In this document: positions 11,884 through 25,731 of the stretch, one piece after another
How positions within the stretch are numbered: the first letter of the stretch is position 1
How the letters are laid out: the number at the start of each line of letters is the position of its first letter
Assembly (NCBI GenBank): GCA_951406725.2
Contig: OX597814.1
Coordinates: 218,922,001-218,986,000 of the forward strand
Direction of reading: 5' to 3'
DNA length: 64,000 bases
Source of the DNA: Octopus vulgaris
Taxonomy: Eukaryota
Notes under the pieces: model-generated
Told to the model about the DNA's origin: nothing
What the model saw: the letters and a program-made list of their open reading frames with translations, nothing else
Database searches by the model: none
Program-made: the position numbers and the translations under genes

Positions 11884-13134
11884 TCCATACACATCTGCTA
11901 TTCAGAGCAAGGTGAATTGGGTCAACTCAAATTGTCTTCGCTATAAACCTAGCACAGCATTGAAGAGGCAATTAAAAACATGTCAAGTTTAATGCAGCAT
12001 TTATGGCACTTGACAGATTATATAATAATTTTGTTGGTATTCTTGACCCTGCAGTTACATAAGTTGACAATAAAAGAGATGTGCAATTAAAAATAAATAT
12101 AAAAATAAGCAGGAAAAAAAATCAAAACATCTGTCAAATGTACCATAATTAACATTGGTGAAGGCAGCTGTTTTACGGATGTAACTCACAGCTCCATGGA
12201 ATAGAGCTAATGACAATGTCAATAAGTTTCTGTTAGAGGTTTGCAAACTGAAACTTGAAATTTGTAAAATATCGCACATCAGGTTAGGTTGATGGGGGCA
12301 GATATGCTGCAGAAGCATGTCACTGCATCTACCATTTGTCAGTTATGGCTTGGGCCATCCTGAGCAACCCTCCAAGCAAGTGTCCCAGTCAGCCCCATCT
12401 CTGCAATATACTTCCTCTTCTGTTATCACCATGTGGTATGTGACTGACCAACATGATCCATCAACCTAACTGGATCTTCAGAGAAGAGATCGTGGCATGC
12501 AGGATCCAACTCATAAATCAAACAAATGACCAAATGGTTTCAGTTCCTGAATCATACAAAAAACAGTATGCATACCAGTTTCTGAGTATGGTCACTGCTT
12601 GGATACAAAATCTGACCAATGGTAATGACCGTGGCCGTTTGCCAGACTCGCCTGGCACCTGTGCAGGTGGCACGTAAAAAGCACCCACTACACTCACGGA
12701 GTGGTTGGCGTTAGGAAGGGCATCCAGCCATAGAAACACTGCCAGATCAGACTGGGCCTGGTGCAGCCTTCTGGCTTCCCAGACCCCAGTTGAACAGACA
12801 CTAAACGATGATGATGATGATGATGAAAGCATTCTTTAAACTGACAAGATGTGTGATTAAGAAGTTTGCATTGGAACCATAGGGTTTCTCGTTCAGGTCA
12901 CTATGCACAAGCATGTCATGTGTGTGTGTGTGAGATTTTGTGTATTTGTGCCCCTCTACTTGACAACTGGTGTTCATTCATGTACATCCTCCATAACTTA
13001 GCAGTTTGACAAAAAAGACCAATAAAATAAGTACCAGATTTAAAAAAAAAAAGCTAACTAATGGGATTGATTTGTTCAACTAAACCATTTAAGGTGGTGC
13101 TCCATCATGGCTGCAGTCCAATAGCTTAAATAAA

Positions 13135-13531
13135 TCTTTATATATAAAAGTCAAGTTGTGTGTCTGTCTCCTACGATTTAGATTCCTAACTACTCCCACA
13201 TTTTGCGGTGCAGTGTAACCAAAAAAGGGTATCTTATAGTTGTGATTCATATCAAGCCCTTCTGGGTATTAGCGCGCGTCTACGATGAGTCTACGATTTT
13301 AAAAATAATTTACCATCATTTCTTTCCATTTTAATGCATTTTTTCGCTATTATATAAGGGAAGTAACTCTCTAAAAATGTTTACGATGAGTCAACGATTT
13401 AAAAAAAATTTACCATAATTTTTTTCCCATTTTTAGTGCATTTTTTTGCTATTTTTTGGCTATAACTCTCTAAAAATGCTTATATAGTTATTTCCCTTAC
13501 AAACCCGAGCAACGCCGGGCGATACTACTAG
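13135..13531 (+). mobile_element. Non-autonomous Helitron
   Basis: 5' TC, GC-rich subterminal hairpin CCCGAGCAACGCCGGG, 3' CTAG, inserted between A and T. Near-identical copy at 55328-55729. Confidence 0.85.
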
Positions 13532-14447
13532 TCAAAGATAAAAGAGGAATCTTATAAGCATCTCTTTACATAAATTCCCATGTTCTGGTAAACATCAAGG
13601 AAGGCAATGCACCAATAAAGCAAGAAAATCAATAAAGTTATCTGGTTATCTGGCCAACAAGTGCATTATTGATAGAATGTATTGAACCAATGATTACTAT
13701 TTTCATTATGTAATCACATTTTGCCAGATATCTTACTCTTTTACTTGTCTCAGTCATTTGACTGTGGCCGTGCTGGAGCACCACCTCAGAAGGTCTTAGT
13801 CAAAGAAATCGACCCCAGGACTTACTTATTCTTTGTAGGCCCAGTACTTATTCTATCAAATCCACTCACAAGGCTTTGGTTGGCCCGGGGCTATAGTAGA
13901 AGACACTTGCCCAAGGTGCCACACAGTGGGACTGAACCTGGAACCATGTGGTTGGGAAGCAAGCTTGTTACCACACAGTCATGCTTGCACCAATATTTAC
14001 ATTTTCGTCATCGTCATCATTTAACATCCATTTTCCCATGCTGGCATGGGTCAGATGGAATTTGTTGAGGCAGATGCCTTCCCCATCGCCAACCTTCAGA
14101 GACAGGAAATGAAGAAGATTGCATACAAGGCAGTGGACATTTGATTATTAACTATCATATGTGAAGACAAGGAGACAGTGATACACACACACACACACAC
14201 ACATACATCTTTCACTTACCACCTATCTGATTCACTTAACCCCTCCCCCGAAATTGCTGGCTTTGTGTCGAAATTTTGAAATCAACCTTCCACTGCTGTG
14301 TGACTACACTGGTAAAGCTTCGAGAAATCTTAATACATAAAAACATTGAATACTTTTTTCTTCCATATCAGAGAAAATTTTATATGGCTAAAGTAGACGA
14401 TGAATGAAGAAGCTGCCTCACTGAGTCATGGATTCTATAAAATCATA

Positions 14448-14838
14448 TACTCTTTTACTCTTTTATTTGTTTCAGTCATTTGACTGCGGCCATGCTGGAG
14501 CACCGCCTTTAGTCGAGCAAATCGACCCCGGGACTTATTCTTTGTAAGCCCAGTACTTATTCTATCGGTCTCTTTTGCCGAACCGCTAAGTGACGGGGAC
14601 GTAAAGACACCAGCATCGGTTGTCAAGCAATGCTAGGGGGACAAACACAGACACACAAACACACACATACATATATATATATATACGACAGGCTTCTTTC
14701 AGTTTCCGTCTACCAAATCCACTCACAAGGCATTGGTCGGCCCGGGGCTATAGCAGAAGACACTTGCCCAAGATGCCACGCAGTGGGACTGAACCCGGAA
14801 CCATGTGGTTGGTTAGCAAGCTACTTACCACACAGCCA
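14448..14838 (-). mobile_element. tRNA-derived SINE family A
   Basis: Head AGGCGCAGGAGTGGCTGTGTGGTAAG...GGTTCAGTCCC, internal (TA)/(TG) tract, tail GACTGAAACAAGTAAAAGAG. Copies at about 18467-18842, 21646-22090, 27307-27607, 44100-44528, 44841-45246, 46007-46427, 58400-58800 and 59212-59665. Confidence 0.85.
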
Positions 14839-14851
14839 TTTTTTTTTTTTT

Positions 14852-15132
14852 TTCAAATAAACACACACACTGTATATTCGTTCTTGCAAAACACATAGAC
14901 ATGTGTACACACATGCACACACACAAATACAGATGCAAATGCATGCTCATATAAGGATACACATCATAAATGAACAGAATGGACTCAGCTGAGCAGGAGC
15001 ACACACAAGGACACAAAGTGTCGCTGAAGAGGTCACAGATGTGTGACGAAAGATTCCTGGACAATGGAACAGTAATAAGAACAGTAATAAATGAGTGAAA
15101 AATGAATATATAGTCCGTGTGTTTATTTGGAA
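14852..15132 (+). mobile_element. Short element with inverted termini and a degenerate hammerhead (15019-15063)
   Basis: Termini CAAATAAACACAC..TATATTC and GAATATA..GTGTGTTTATTTG. Internal TGTCg-CTGAAGA-gGTCAC-agatgt-GTGAC-GAAA-gattcct-gGACA. Confidence 0.65.
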
Positions 15133-15924
15133 AAAAAAAAATGACCATCCCAAAATACATTCTTACATGGTTTTTATGATAGACATGAAATGCCAATGGC
15201 TTGAAAATATGCAACCAACCATGACAGAGTAAAAATGTTTTATGCCGTGTTTTCCATGTGAAAGATGAAAGTTTGAAAAAGACAGAATAAGATATTTTTG
15301 CCGTTTTCCATTTGTAAAAGTGACAGTTTTAAAAATATTTTCTATTATTTTAAAAAAAATATATATAAAAATATAATTGTTATTAATTATCATTTACACT
15401 TCTGTAAGAGCTAGATAAATTATCTATTGAAATTTCCGAGTTTGCTTTATTATCCAATTCATATTTCATACCAAGGAAATTTGAAAACTGAAAAGAAAAG
15501 AAATATATCAATAAATACATAAATAAAATGTAAAACAAATAATACAAAAGTTCTACAAATAGAAGGTATTGAAAGAATAATAATTATGATATATATAAAA
15601 TGGCGGTGCCCCAGCATGGCCACAGCTCATAAGCTGAAACTAGAATCAATCAATCAATCATATAAGTTGTTATTAATTTAAATATCATATATTATAATAA
15701 TGCTACTGGTAATGGCCAAGGCATTAACTTGGTGGTGGTGGTGGTGGTGGTGTAATGAACGCTGACACAAAGACAAACACACATAAAAGGATATGTATAT
15801 ATTATTAATAAAAACCTCACAAAAACCATGTGAAATTCAGCTGCCCAGACTTTCCATAGTTTTTGTGTGGTTTTTATTAATAATATATTTACTTTCTTAA
15901 CTGACTAAGTGACGTACTATTTGT

Positions 15925-16560
15925 TAAACTTTATTTTGCTAAAGTTTTTAATGCTGTGTCACACAAAAGACTTCTGGCAAAACTCTCTGCAACGGGTGTG
16001 AAAGATGATCTTTTTAACTGGTTGGAGTCCTTCATTCTCGGCCGAAAAGAGATAGTCACGGTTCCAGTACAGCATTCTTCACTCAATGAAATGTCATCTG
16101 GTGTACTGCAGAGATCTGCTCTTGGTCCCCTTTTGTTTGTTGCATACATTAATGACATAGATGCCAACTAAAAGAATGCCACAGTGCTGAAATATGCAGA
16201 TAACATCAAGCTGTACCTTGAGATAAAAAGGACAAATCCTGAACACTATAGATCTTTCCTGCAATCGGACCTGGACACAATGCAACAATAGATCATGGAC
16301 GGGCAAATTAAGCTGGCTGTGGACAAGTGTACCACCAGGCATTTTGGGAGGAAAAACCCAGCGTCCACATACTCTCTCCACAACACTGATATCAAGAAGT
16401 CTTCTTGTGAATGTGATCTGGGCATTACTGTCAGCAGTGATTTTTGCTGGACAAAGCACCTCTCTAAAATTGTCAAGAAGGCCAAGGGTGTCTTGGCATC
16501 ACTCAGCAAGACCTTTGTCAGCTGCTCCTCAGCTATCTATTTAAAGCTGTATATGGCCAT
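15925..16560 (+). mobile_element. CR1/L2-type LINE RT fragment (decayed)
   Basis: SHKRLLAKL...WLESFILGR...SGVLQRSALGPLLFVAYIND...KYADN with stops. Confidence 0.8.
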
Positions 16561-16637
16561 ATTAATTTCATCTAAATGCATTACTACTCTAACTTTTAAA
16601 GTGTAATTCTTTTTGGGATATATGATCCGCTGACAAT

Positions 16638-16672
<35 letters not shown>

Positions 16673-16674
<2 letters not shown>

Positions 16675-16846
16675 GGAGTAAACACATAAATGTGAAACAA
16701 GGTGGAAAAAAGAGTACTCAAATACCAGTGGTAGAGTAATATGCTTTATTTTAAGCAGCAGAAAATTTTTAAAAACTGTCTGATGAACGGCAACGAGAAA
16801 CTCAGAGTAACAGATTTTGTTGAATTTTCTGCTGCTTAAAATAAAG
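16673..16846 (+). mobile_element. 174-bp hammerhead-bearing foldback element in (TA)n
   Basis: Perfect 24-bp inverted arms at 16744-16767 and 16823-16846 enclose a hammerhead core. Confidence 0.8.
16776..16813 (+). ncRNA. Minimal type I hammerhead ribozyme
   Basis: CTGT-CTGATGA-aCG-gcaa-CGa-GAAA-CTC-a-GAG-TA^-ACAG. Stem I CTGT/ACAG; GUA cleavage triplet; 1-nt stem III loop. Confidence 0.8.
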
Positions 16847-16890
<44 letters not shown>

Positions 16891-16893
<3 letters not shown>

Positions 16894-17779
16894 GGGTAAT
16901 CCCAAAAGTAAAGTCTCCAGATATATTTAGAAATCACAGAAACGTTTATTGTCAATGATGTTTACATTATTTTAAAGTTTGAACATTTATCTATTTTTCT
17001 ACATAATCACCGTTTCGGTCAATGCATTTTTGTAGAAGCTGGGGCAGTTTTTCTTTGCCCATGTCATACCAGCTCACCACCATGTTGTTGAGGAAGTGTT
17101 GAATCTCATCTTTTACCTCATCATCGTTGCTGAAATGTGTTCCGGCCAAATGTTCTTTCAACTTACGAAACAGGTGGTAGTCACTGGGTGCCAAGTCCTG
17201 ACTATAAGGGGGGTTGCCAATTATGGTCTTCTGGGAGCATTCGTGAAACCCATCTTGCGCACACCTTCCGATATTGCAACTTTTCACTCAAAACTCTATG
17301 AATGGTGCTTCAGGAAACCTCAGGAACCAAAATGCAGAAATCATCCAGAGTGATCCGCCGATTTTGACTCTGGATTTGCTCAACCTTCATGACTGTCTCA
17401 TAGGAAATTGATAGTCGCCCGCTTCTTTCTTAGTTATGATTTTTAGTATGACCGGCTGCAAGCTCCCTAAACCACTTGTGGACGTTTTTGACATCCATGC
17501 ATGACTCGCCATACACTTCTGTAAATTGGCGATGAATTTCAATCAGTTTAATGCCTTTTGTGTTCAAAAACTGAATAAATGCGCAAACTTCACATTTGGT
17601 GGTAGCATCAACCAGGAGCGCCATCAGATACGACTACCAAGCCAAGACTGAGCGTAGCAGCGAGGTGCATGCAGGTGCAGACACATGCACAACCAACACA
17701 ACGGTGTTGCCAATAGCCTCACGCACAGTTTCCCTGCGTCCCCAGCGCTTTGGAGACCTAACTTTGGGGTTCACCCTTG
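16891..17779 (-). mobile_element. Internally deleted mariner transposon
   Basis: Imperfect TIRs CAAGGGTAATCCCAAAAGT..TCTCC and GGAGA..ACTTTGGGGTTCACCCTTG|TA. Transposase HTH remnant and PPYSQDLAPSDYHLF...KCIDRNGDYVEK. Duplicate at 28576-29463. Confidence 0.9.
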
Positions 17780-19484
17780 TACGTATATACATATATATAA
17801 TTCCTTTTGAAATTGCATTTTGTTTGAAATATTTCATACTTTAGATGGTGCAAAAGTCCACATAGGTAGCAGGCAGTACTGAATGTGTAGCCTTAAGAGA
17901 TAACATCTCTGGAAACTATAATTATAGTCTGCCTTATACACATGTCATCTCTTCTACCTTGAGAGATGTCATCTAGTATTTTTTACTGTTCATCAAGAAG
18001 TAAACAACCTTAACTATGGAATAAAACTCAAGACATAATCTAGCTCTAATACTATTCTGCTACTGACGGTGATATGCTGGCAGAATCTTTAGCACACAAG
18101 GCAGAATGCTTAGTGGCACCCCGTTCATCTTTACATTCTGAGTTCAAATTCTACCAAGATCGACTTTCCTTTTCATCCTTTCTGGGTCGATAAAATAAGT
18201 ACCAGTTGAAAATAGGGTTTGATAAAATGAGTACCAGTTGAACACTGTGGTCGAAGTAATCGACTTAACCCCTCCCCCGAAATTGCTGGCTTTGTGTCGA
18301 AATTTTGAAATCAACCTTCCACTGCTGTGTGACTACACTGGTAAAGCTTCGAGAAATCTTAACATTGAATACTTTTTTTTCCATATCAGAGAAAATTTTA
18401 TATGGCTAAAGTAGACGATGAATGAAGAAGCTGCCTCACGGAGTCATGGATTCTGTAAAATCATATACTCTTTTATTTGCTTCAGTCATTTGACTGTGGC
18501 CATGCTGGAGCACCGCCTTTAGTCAAGCAAATCGACCCCGGGACTTATTCTTTGTAAGCCTAGTACTTATTCTATCGGTCTCTTTTGCCAAACAGCTAAG
18601 TTACAGGGACGTAAACACACCAGCATCGGTTGTCAGGCGATGTTGAGGGGGGACAAACACAGACACACAAACATACATATACGACAGGCTTCTTTCAGTT
18701 TCCGTCTACCAAATTCTCTCACAAGGCTTTGGTCGGTCAGAGGCTATAGTAGAAGACATTTGCCCAAGGTGCCACGCAGTGGGACTGAACCTGGAACCAC
18801 GTGGTTGGTAAGCAAGCTACTTACCACACAGCCACTCCTACACCTGATATATTATAACAGTAATATAGCAGCAGATATAGCTATACAGTAAGAAAGGTTG
18901 CAAAGCAATCATGTGGCTTTCAGTTCAATCCCACACTGCAGCAATTTGGGCAAGTGGTGTTTACTACAGCCTCAAGGGGATTAATGCCTTGAATGAAATT
19001 TGACAGACAGAAGTAGTATGGAAGTCCATCAAGACATACACTCATACCCATGTTAACTCTTACAGTTTTTACCCTTGCCAGCCATTCTACCAGCGACCTA
19101 TTTCTCTTCTAGTCATTTCAGCACGCAGTGACCATCTCACTGAGACACGGTTGTTCTTTTCTTTCTCCATCTTTCTCTCTCCACATCTTCTCTTTCTGTA
19201 GAAGAATGCACACTCACAATGTAAAAGACTTTTCTTCCTAATTTTCCTAAGCATAATAGACTCTGTTTTTTATTCTTTCCTTCTATTACATGTTTCGGTC
19301 ATATGACTGTGGTCATGCGAGGGAACCGTCATAAAAGGGTTTTAGTCAAATAAATCAATCCCAGGACTTATTCTTTGTAAGCCTAAAGCTTATTCTATCA
19401 GTATCTTTTGTCGAACCACTAAGTTATGGGGATGTAAACACACCAGCATCAACTGTCAAGTGATGATGGGGGAGAAACACATAA

Positions 19485-19531
<47 letters not shown>

Positions 19532-21558
19532 AACAATGGGCTTCTTTCAGATTCTGGGGAGACTGAACCTGAAAAACTGAGTGTTTACAGAGAAGCCAGA
19601 AACTGCAACTGGGAGAGATATGCATTTATTTTCAAAGATCTTAATTCCTGAGCAGTTGGTACATAAATACATATATATATATATATACAAATGGCTAATA
19701 CTTAGTGGTGGTTAAAGGCAGCAAGCTGGCAGAATTGTTAGCATGCTAAGCAGAAAGCTTAGCGGCATTTTGTCCGTCTTTATGTTCAGAGTTCAAATTC
19801 TGCCAAAGTCGACTTTGCTTTTCGTCCAACAGGGATCAATAAATTATGTACCAGCTGAACACTGGGGTCACTATGATCAACTTACTCCTTCCCATGAAAT
19901 TGCCAGCCATGTGCCAAAACATGAAAGCAATATTGGTTGCAACTTTAGGGCAGTGAGCCGGCAGAATGCTTAGTGGCATTTCAGCTGTCTTTACATTCTG
20001 AGTTCAAATTCTGCTGAAGCCAACTTTGTTTCATCCTTTCAGGGTCATAATATGAGTACCAGTTGAACACTGGGGTTGATATAATCGACTTACTCCCACC
20101 CCACCCCCGCAATTGCTGGCCTAGTGCCAAAATCTGAAACCAATATTTTTTAGTGGTTAGGTAAGATTTGAACATGCAGTCTCATACTTTGATATAGTAG
20201 CCATTAGCATACTAAAATATAAAAACAATGTTTTGAAAAGCTATAGGACATCAAAAATGTTTAAACAATTTGTGAAAATATCGTTAAATGAATAGAAGCT
20301 ATTCACCTAAAAAATGTCAGGAATTATATCTTTCATTGACCATCAACATTCACTGTGATTATTATTGAAAAGTTATAGATGTCTTATCAAACACGCTTTT
20401 ATCCTTGATACTATGACCAATTATTTATGTTGTATCCCATTAACCACACTTTGATGGTATCAAAGAAGAGAACCAACTGGTGGAAGAATGCCAAATCTAA
20501 CACACAACAGATATTAGATAATAAGTTAGCAGATGAACAAGAAATATCAGAGTTTTATCAAAGAATCTCTTAAATTTAAAAATATTTTCTTAGGCTTCTT
20601 GATGCTTCAATATATTATTATATCACGTGATCACGTGACCGACCAGACCATCAGATGTTGTTACACATCGCTAGTCACAATGCGTTCGCATTGTTTTAGA
20701 AGAAAGAGTAGGAGAAAGTGTGGTGAAAGAGTACAGCAGGGATCACCACCCCCTGCCGGAGCCTCGTGGAGCTTTTTAGGTGTTATCGCTCAATAAACAC
20801 TCACAATGCCCGGTCTGGGAATCGAAACCGCAATCCTACGACTGCGAGTCCGCTGCCCTAACCACTGGGCCATTGTGCCTCCACATATTATTATATAACA
20901 ACATATTTATACAAACAATTGGTCTTAATATATTAAACAATAGATTTCGAAAAATGTTACATCTGTTCAAACAATAATTCCTTGATTGAATGAACAATGC
21001 AAAATAAACACAACGTAATTAATATTCACCAAAGCAAGTAGTAGTTTCATGCTAGACATAGCCTGAACAGCTGCCAGCTGATCTAAGCTATCTGATTTAT
21101 GAATGTATGTTTGAGTATGTATTTCCTTTCACTGACATATTTACTGTAAAAAATCTTTTTTCTTGTCTATCTCTCTATATTATATACACTACCATAATCT
21201 TATCATAAGGATACCAACCCAACTTGTCATGGTAGCCTTAGCTATAATATGGATCTGGTTACTAATAACTGCTACTGCCGTGATAACCGCTGAAATTTAA
21301 CAACATTGACACCTTAACATGTAAACTTATCCACTGAGTCTGAATACATATCTAATCTCTGTTTTCACTCAAGCAGCAAAAGATAGCAGCCAAATCTCCC
21401 TCAAATTGCACCTCACCATTTTAGAAAGGGACACGCTATATAATGTGATTTTGGGTTCCTTACATATAGGTAGCAGAAGGGAAGGTCATGGTTGTACTGC
21501 CTTAATCAAAGGCCCAATTTATCAGTGCAGAGCTGGAGTTAAACAAGAATAGTGCAAG

Positions 21559-21655
21559 CGTGAGGTGCAGGTGTGAGGTACAGGTGTGAGGTGCAGGTGT
21601 GAGGTACAGGTGTGAGGTACAGGTGTGAGGTGCAGGTGTGAGGAACAGGTGTGGC
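21559..21655. repeat. 13-bp minisatellite (GTGAGGTRCAGGT)n at a SINE head
   Basis: Seen directly; fewer units in copy B (about 33448-33530). Confidence 0.9.
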
Positions 21656-21819
21656 TGTGTGCTAAGAAGTTTGCTTCCCAACCATGGTTCCAGGTTCAGT
21701 CCCACTGTGTAGCACCTTGGGCAAATGTCCTCTACTATAGCCTTCTGCCAACCAAAGCCTTGTGAGTGTATTTGGTAGATGGAAACTGAAAGAAGCCTGT
21801 CATAATAATAATAATAATA

Positions 21820-21851
<32 letters not shown>

Positions 21852-22271
21852 TGAGTGTGTGTGTCTTTGTATCTGTGTGTCCACCAGCATCGCTTGACAA
21901 CCAGTATTGGTGTGTTTACATCCCTGTAACTTATCGGTTCAGCAAAAGAGAGCAATAAGATAAGGAGTAAGTAGTAGGTGTAAAAAAGAAAAAACACCCT
22001 GGGGAGGAGAAGGGCGATTTGTTTGGCTAAGACCCTTCAAGGTGATGATCCAGCATGACCACAGTCAACTGACTGAAACAAGTAAAAGAAAAATTCAAAG
22101 ACCTGTTTCAGAAATACTACAGGTACACACAATCAATAATACCAATGACACTTCAAAGCCGAAGCACTCATTCTTTAATACTAGTTACACTGCAGATGCA
22201 CTGATTCAGGGAAACTAGTCATACTACTGACACACATGTGTTTCTGTGAAGAGAAGGTCAACTATACTTAC

Positions 22272-22322
22272 TGGTAGCTTTAGAAGACACTGAACACCCA
22301 TTGTAACGAGACAGAAGTATGT
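22272..22322 (-). CDS. NRAMP exon TYFCLVTMGVQCLLKLP (duplicate copy A)
   Basis: AG/GT flanked, 51 nt, identical to 34154-34204. Confidence 0.8.
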
Positions 22323-22443
22323 CTGAAAAAATATTGGAAAGAGAAAATTATCAAGAATTGTCACTGTTGAATAAAAATACCTTGATCAAATATCTTAGTA
22401 AATAATTACACATAGCTATACACAAATTAGAAATACACACACG

Positions 22444-23288
<845 letters not shown>

Positions 23289-23413
23289 ATTTACAAGATA
23301 AGGGCAGAAGAAAAATTCTAATGCCAGATACGCCGAAACAAAAAATTGTCGATAACCATTAAATTTATGCGTCTCGAAACAAACCGATAGAAATCTCTAA
23401 AAAAATTTGTTAT

Positions 23414-23472
23414 TACCATACTGGTCCAATTTCAGGGTTAATTCACAAGAAATTTTCCCCTCTTCAGCGGCA
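23414..23472 (-). ncRNA. Type I hammerhead ribozyme
   Basis: Minus strand TGCCG-CTGAAGA-GGGG...CCCT-GAAA-TTGG-a-CCAG-TA^-TGGTA. Confidence 0.78.
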
Positions 23473-24046
23473 CATACACGAGATATAAATGAAATACTTA
23501 TTCATATCCATGGAAGAAGCAATCACCAAGTCCCGAGTAGACTTAAGTACCCCAAATATATCCAAATAGAAAATCTTCGGTGCACCTCGAGACACGTGTG
23601 ATTCGAACTAGAAACTTTCACAGAGTGATAGAATCCAGAAGTGAACCCTAATCTATTTCTAATTGATATAGGATAAAATTTTTTTTCGGGAAAAGAATTT
23701 TATCAATGGCCAGCATATCAAAAAATGCCTTTAAAGGTAAAATTTATACATAATTTACAAGATAAGGGCAGAAGAAAAATTCTAATGCCAGATACGCTGA
23801 AACAAAAAATTGTCGATAACCATTAAATTTATGCATCTCGAAACAAACCGATAGAAATCTCTAAAAATTCGTTATTACCATATTGGTCCAATTCTGTGAA
23901 AGTTTCTAGTTCGAATCACACGTGTTTCGAGGTGCGCCGAAGATTTTTCTATTTTGGATATATTTGGGGTACTTAAGTCTACTCGGGACTTAGTGCTTGC
24001 TTCTTCCGTGGGTATGAATAAGTATTTCATTTATATCTCGCGTATT

Positions 24047-24105
24047 TGCCGCTGAAGAGGGGAAAATTTCTTGTGAATTAACCCCGAAATTGGACCAATA
24101 CAGTA
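24047..24105 (+). ncRNA. Type I hammerhead ribozyme
   Basis: TGCCG-CTGAAGA-GGGG-loop-CCCC-GAAA-TTGG-a-CCAA-TA^-CAGTA. Confidence 0.8.
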
Positions 24106-24296
24106 ATAACGAATTTTTTTAGAGATTTCTATCGGTTTGTTTCGAGACGCATAAATTTTTGTTTCGGTGTATCTGACATTAGAATTTTTCTTCTGCCCTT
24201 ATCTTGTAAATTATGTATAGATTTTACCTTTAAAGGCATTTTTTGATATGCTGGCCATTGATAAAAATTTTTCCCGAAAAAATTTTATCCTATATC

Positions 24297-24342
<46 letters not shown>

Positions 24343-24956
24343 AACTAAAATTGCAAAACTAAAATGGCCATAGGGATAAGTAAATATGGTTCCCTTTTTA
24401 ACTATAAGGCTTCTTTTACTTGAATAATTATTTAATAAGATTTCTAAACAATTAACTTTTATTTTATTTACATGATATATATTATATTTTTTTTTTCTTG
24501 CACCTTATTATTATTATATGCTTGTCTGCTTGTACAGATGAATTAAGTTCCATCTTGCGGAATGTTTATATGTATATTCTATGGCGGATGACCTCGCATT
24601 TGTTTGTTCAATAACTTTAGTTTGATATTTTTGTCTCTTTCAATAGAGCACTTCTATAGCAGTCCTATTAATCTTTTTGTTCTTGACAAGAAACAATCAC
24701 TGTATTATTGATATTGATATATATATATACATATATACACACACACACTCACACATAAATATATGCACATATATCACCGCGGAGTGGTTGGCGTTAGGAA
24801 GGGCATCCAGCTGTAGAAACACTGCCAGACTAGACTGGAGCCTGGGGCAGTCCCTAGCTCCCCAGACCCCGGTCGAAACCGTCCAACCCGTGCTAGCGCG
24901 GAAAACGGACGTTAAACGATGATGATGATGATGATGATGATGATCACACATGTAAT

Positions 24957-24993
<37 letters not shown>

Positions 24994-25002
24994 CACACAC
25001 AC

Positions 25003-25218
25003 ACAAATAAGATGATAATTTATTTTTGAACACAGAAAAACTGTTAGAGCAGCAGAAACATTGGGTAAATTACCCTTACAAAGTGAAAAAATTTGTCAAT
25101 AAACAACCATTTGTTGACAAATGTTTCCACTTTGTAAAGGTAATTAACTGGCCTGATTGATGTTTCTGCTGTTCTAATAGCATCTCTGCATTTGAAAATA
25201 AATCATCAACTTATTTGT
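25003..25218. repeat. Degenerate palindrome of about 215 bp
   Basis: ACAAATAAG...AATTACCCTTACAAAGTG..TTTGTCAA and TTGACAAA..CACTTTGTAAAGGTAATT...CTTATTTGT. Confidence 0.7.
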
Positions 25219-25399
25219 ATCTATATACACATTTCAGTGCTTATATACATACGAAAAAACAAAGTTAGTTTGTTTATATTTAAGAGAAATAGGCTTACCT
25301 TTGCATTGAATACATCAATAAATAATGTATATTTCAATACCAATTGATATCACCCTCTAAAGTAGTGAATATTTTAGAAATAGATGTTAAAATGTTATC

Positions 25400-25459
25400 T
25401 TCAACTGAAGATCCCAGAGTATGTTGGTTATACAGAGGGTGAAATCAACTGGTATTGAA
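25400..25459 (+). ncRNA. Type I hammerhead within a foldback element (arms about 25283-25358 and 25434-25508)
   Basis: TTCAA-CTGAAGA-tCCC-loop-GGGt-GAAA-TCA-ac-TGG-TA^-TTGAA. Confidence 0.72.
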
Positions 25460-25589
25460 ATATACATTACTTACTGATGTATTCAATGCAAAGGTAAGTC
25501 TATTTCTCATACGTTCATTGCATTGCTCATGTGTAACTTTATTGCGAGTTTCTGGTGGTTTTTGAGTCTTGGTTCTGATTTTAGCAAGT

Positions 25590-25731
25590 GGTATTATATA
25601 CCCTACTGAATCTTAATTTAGCTTATACTGTGTCTGTAACAGCGTGAACTTATTAACCTTGGTATTATATACCCTACTGAATTTTAATTTAGCTTATACT
25701 CTGTCTGTAACAGTGTGAACTTATTAACCTT
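25590..25731. repeat. Tandem duplication of about 70 bp
   Basis: GGTATTATATACCCTACTGAA...CTTATTAACCTT twice. Confidence 0.9.

Noticed and set aside
14435-14898. Recurrent short ORFs (MTTDAGVFTSP..., RQASFSFRLPNP...)
   Set aside because: Chance reading frames within SINE copies.
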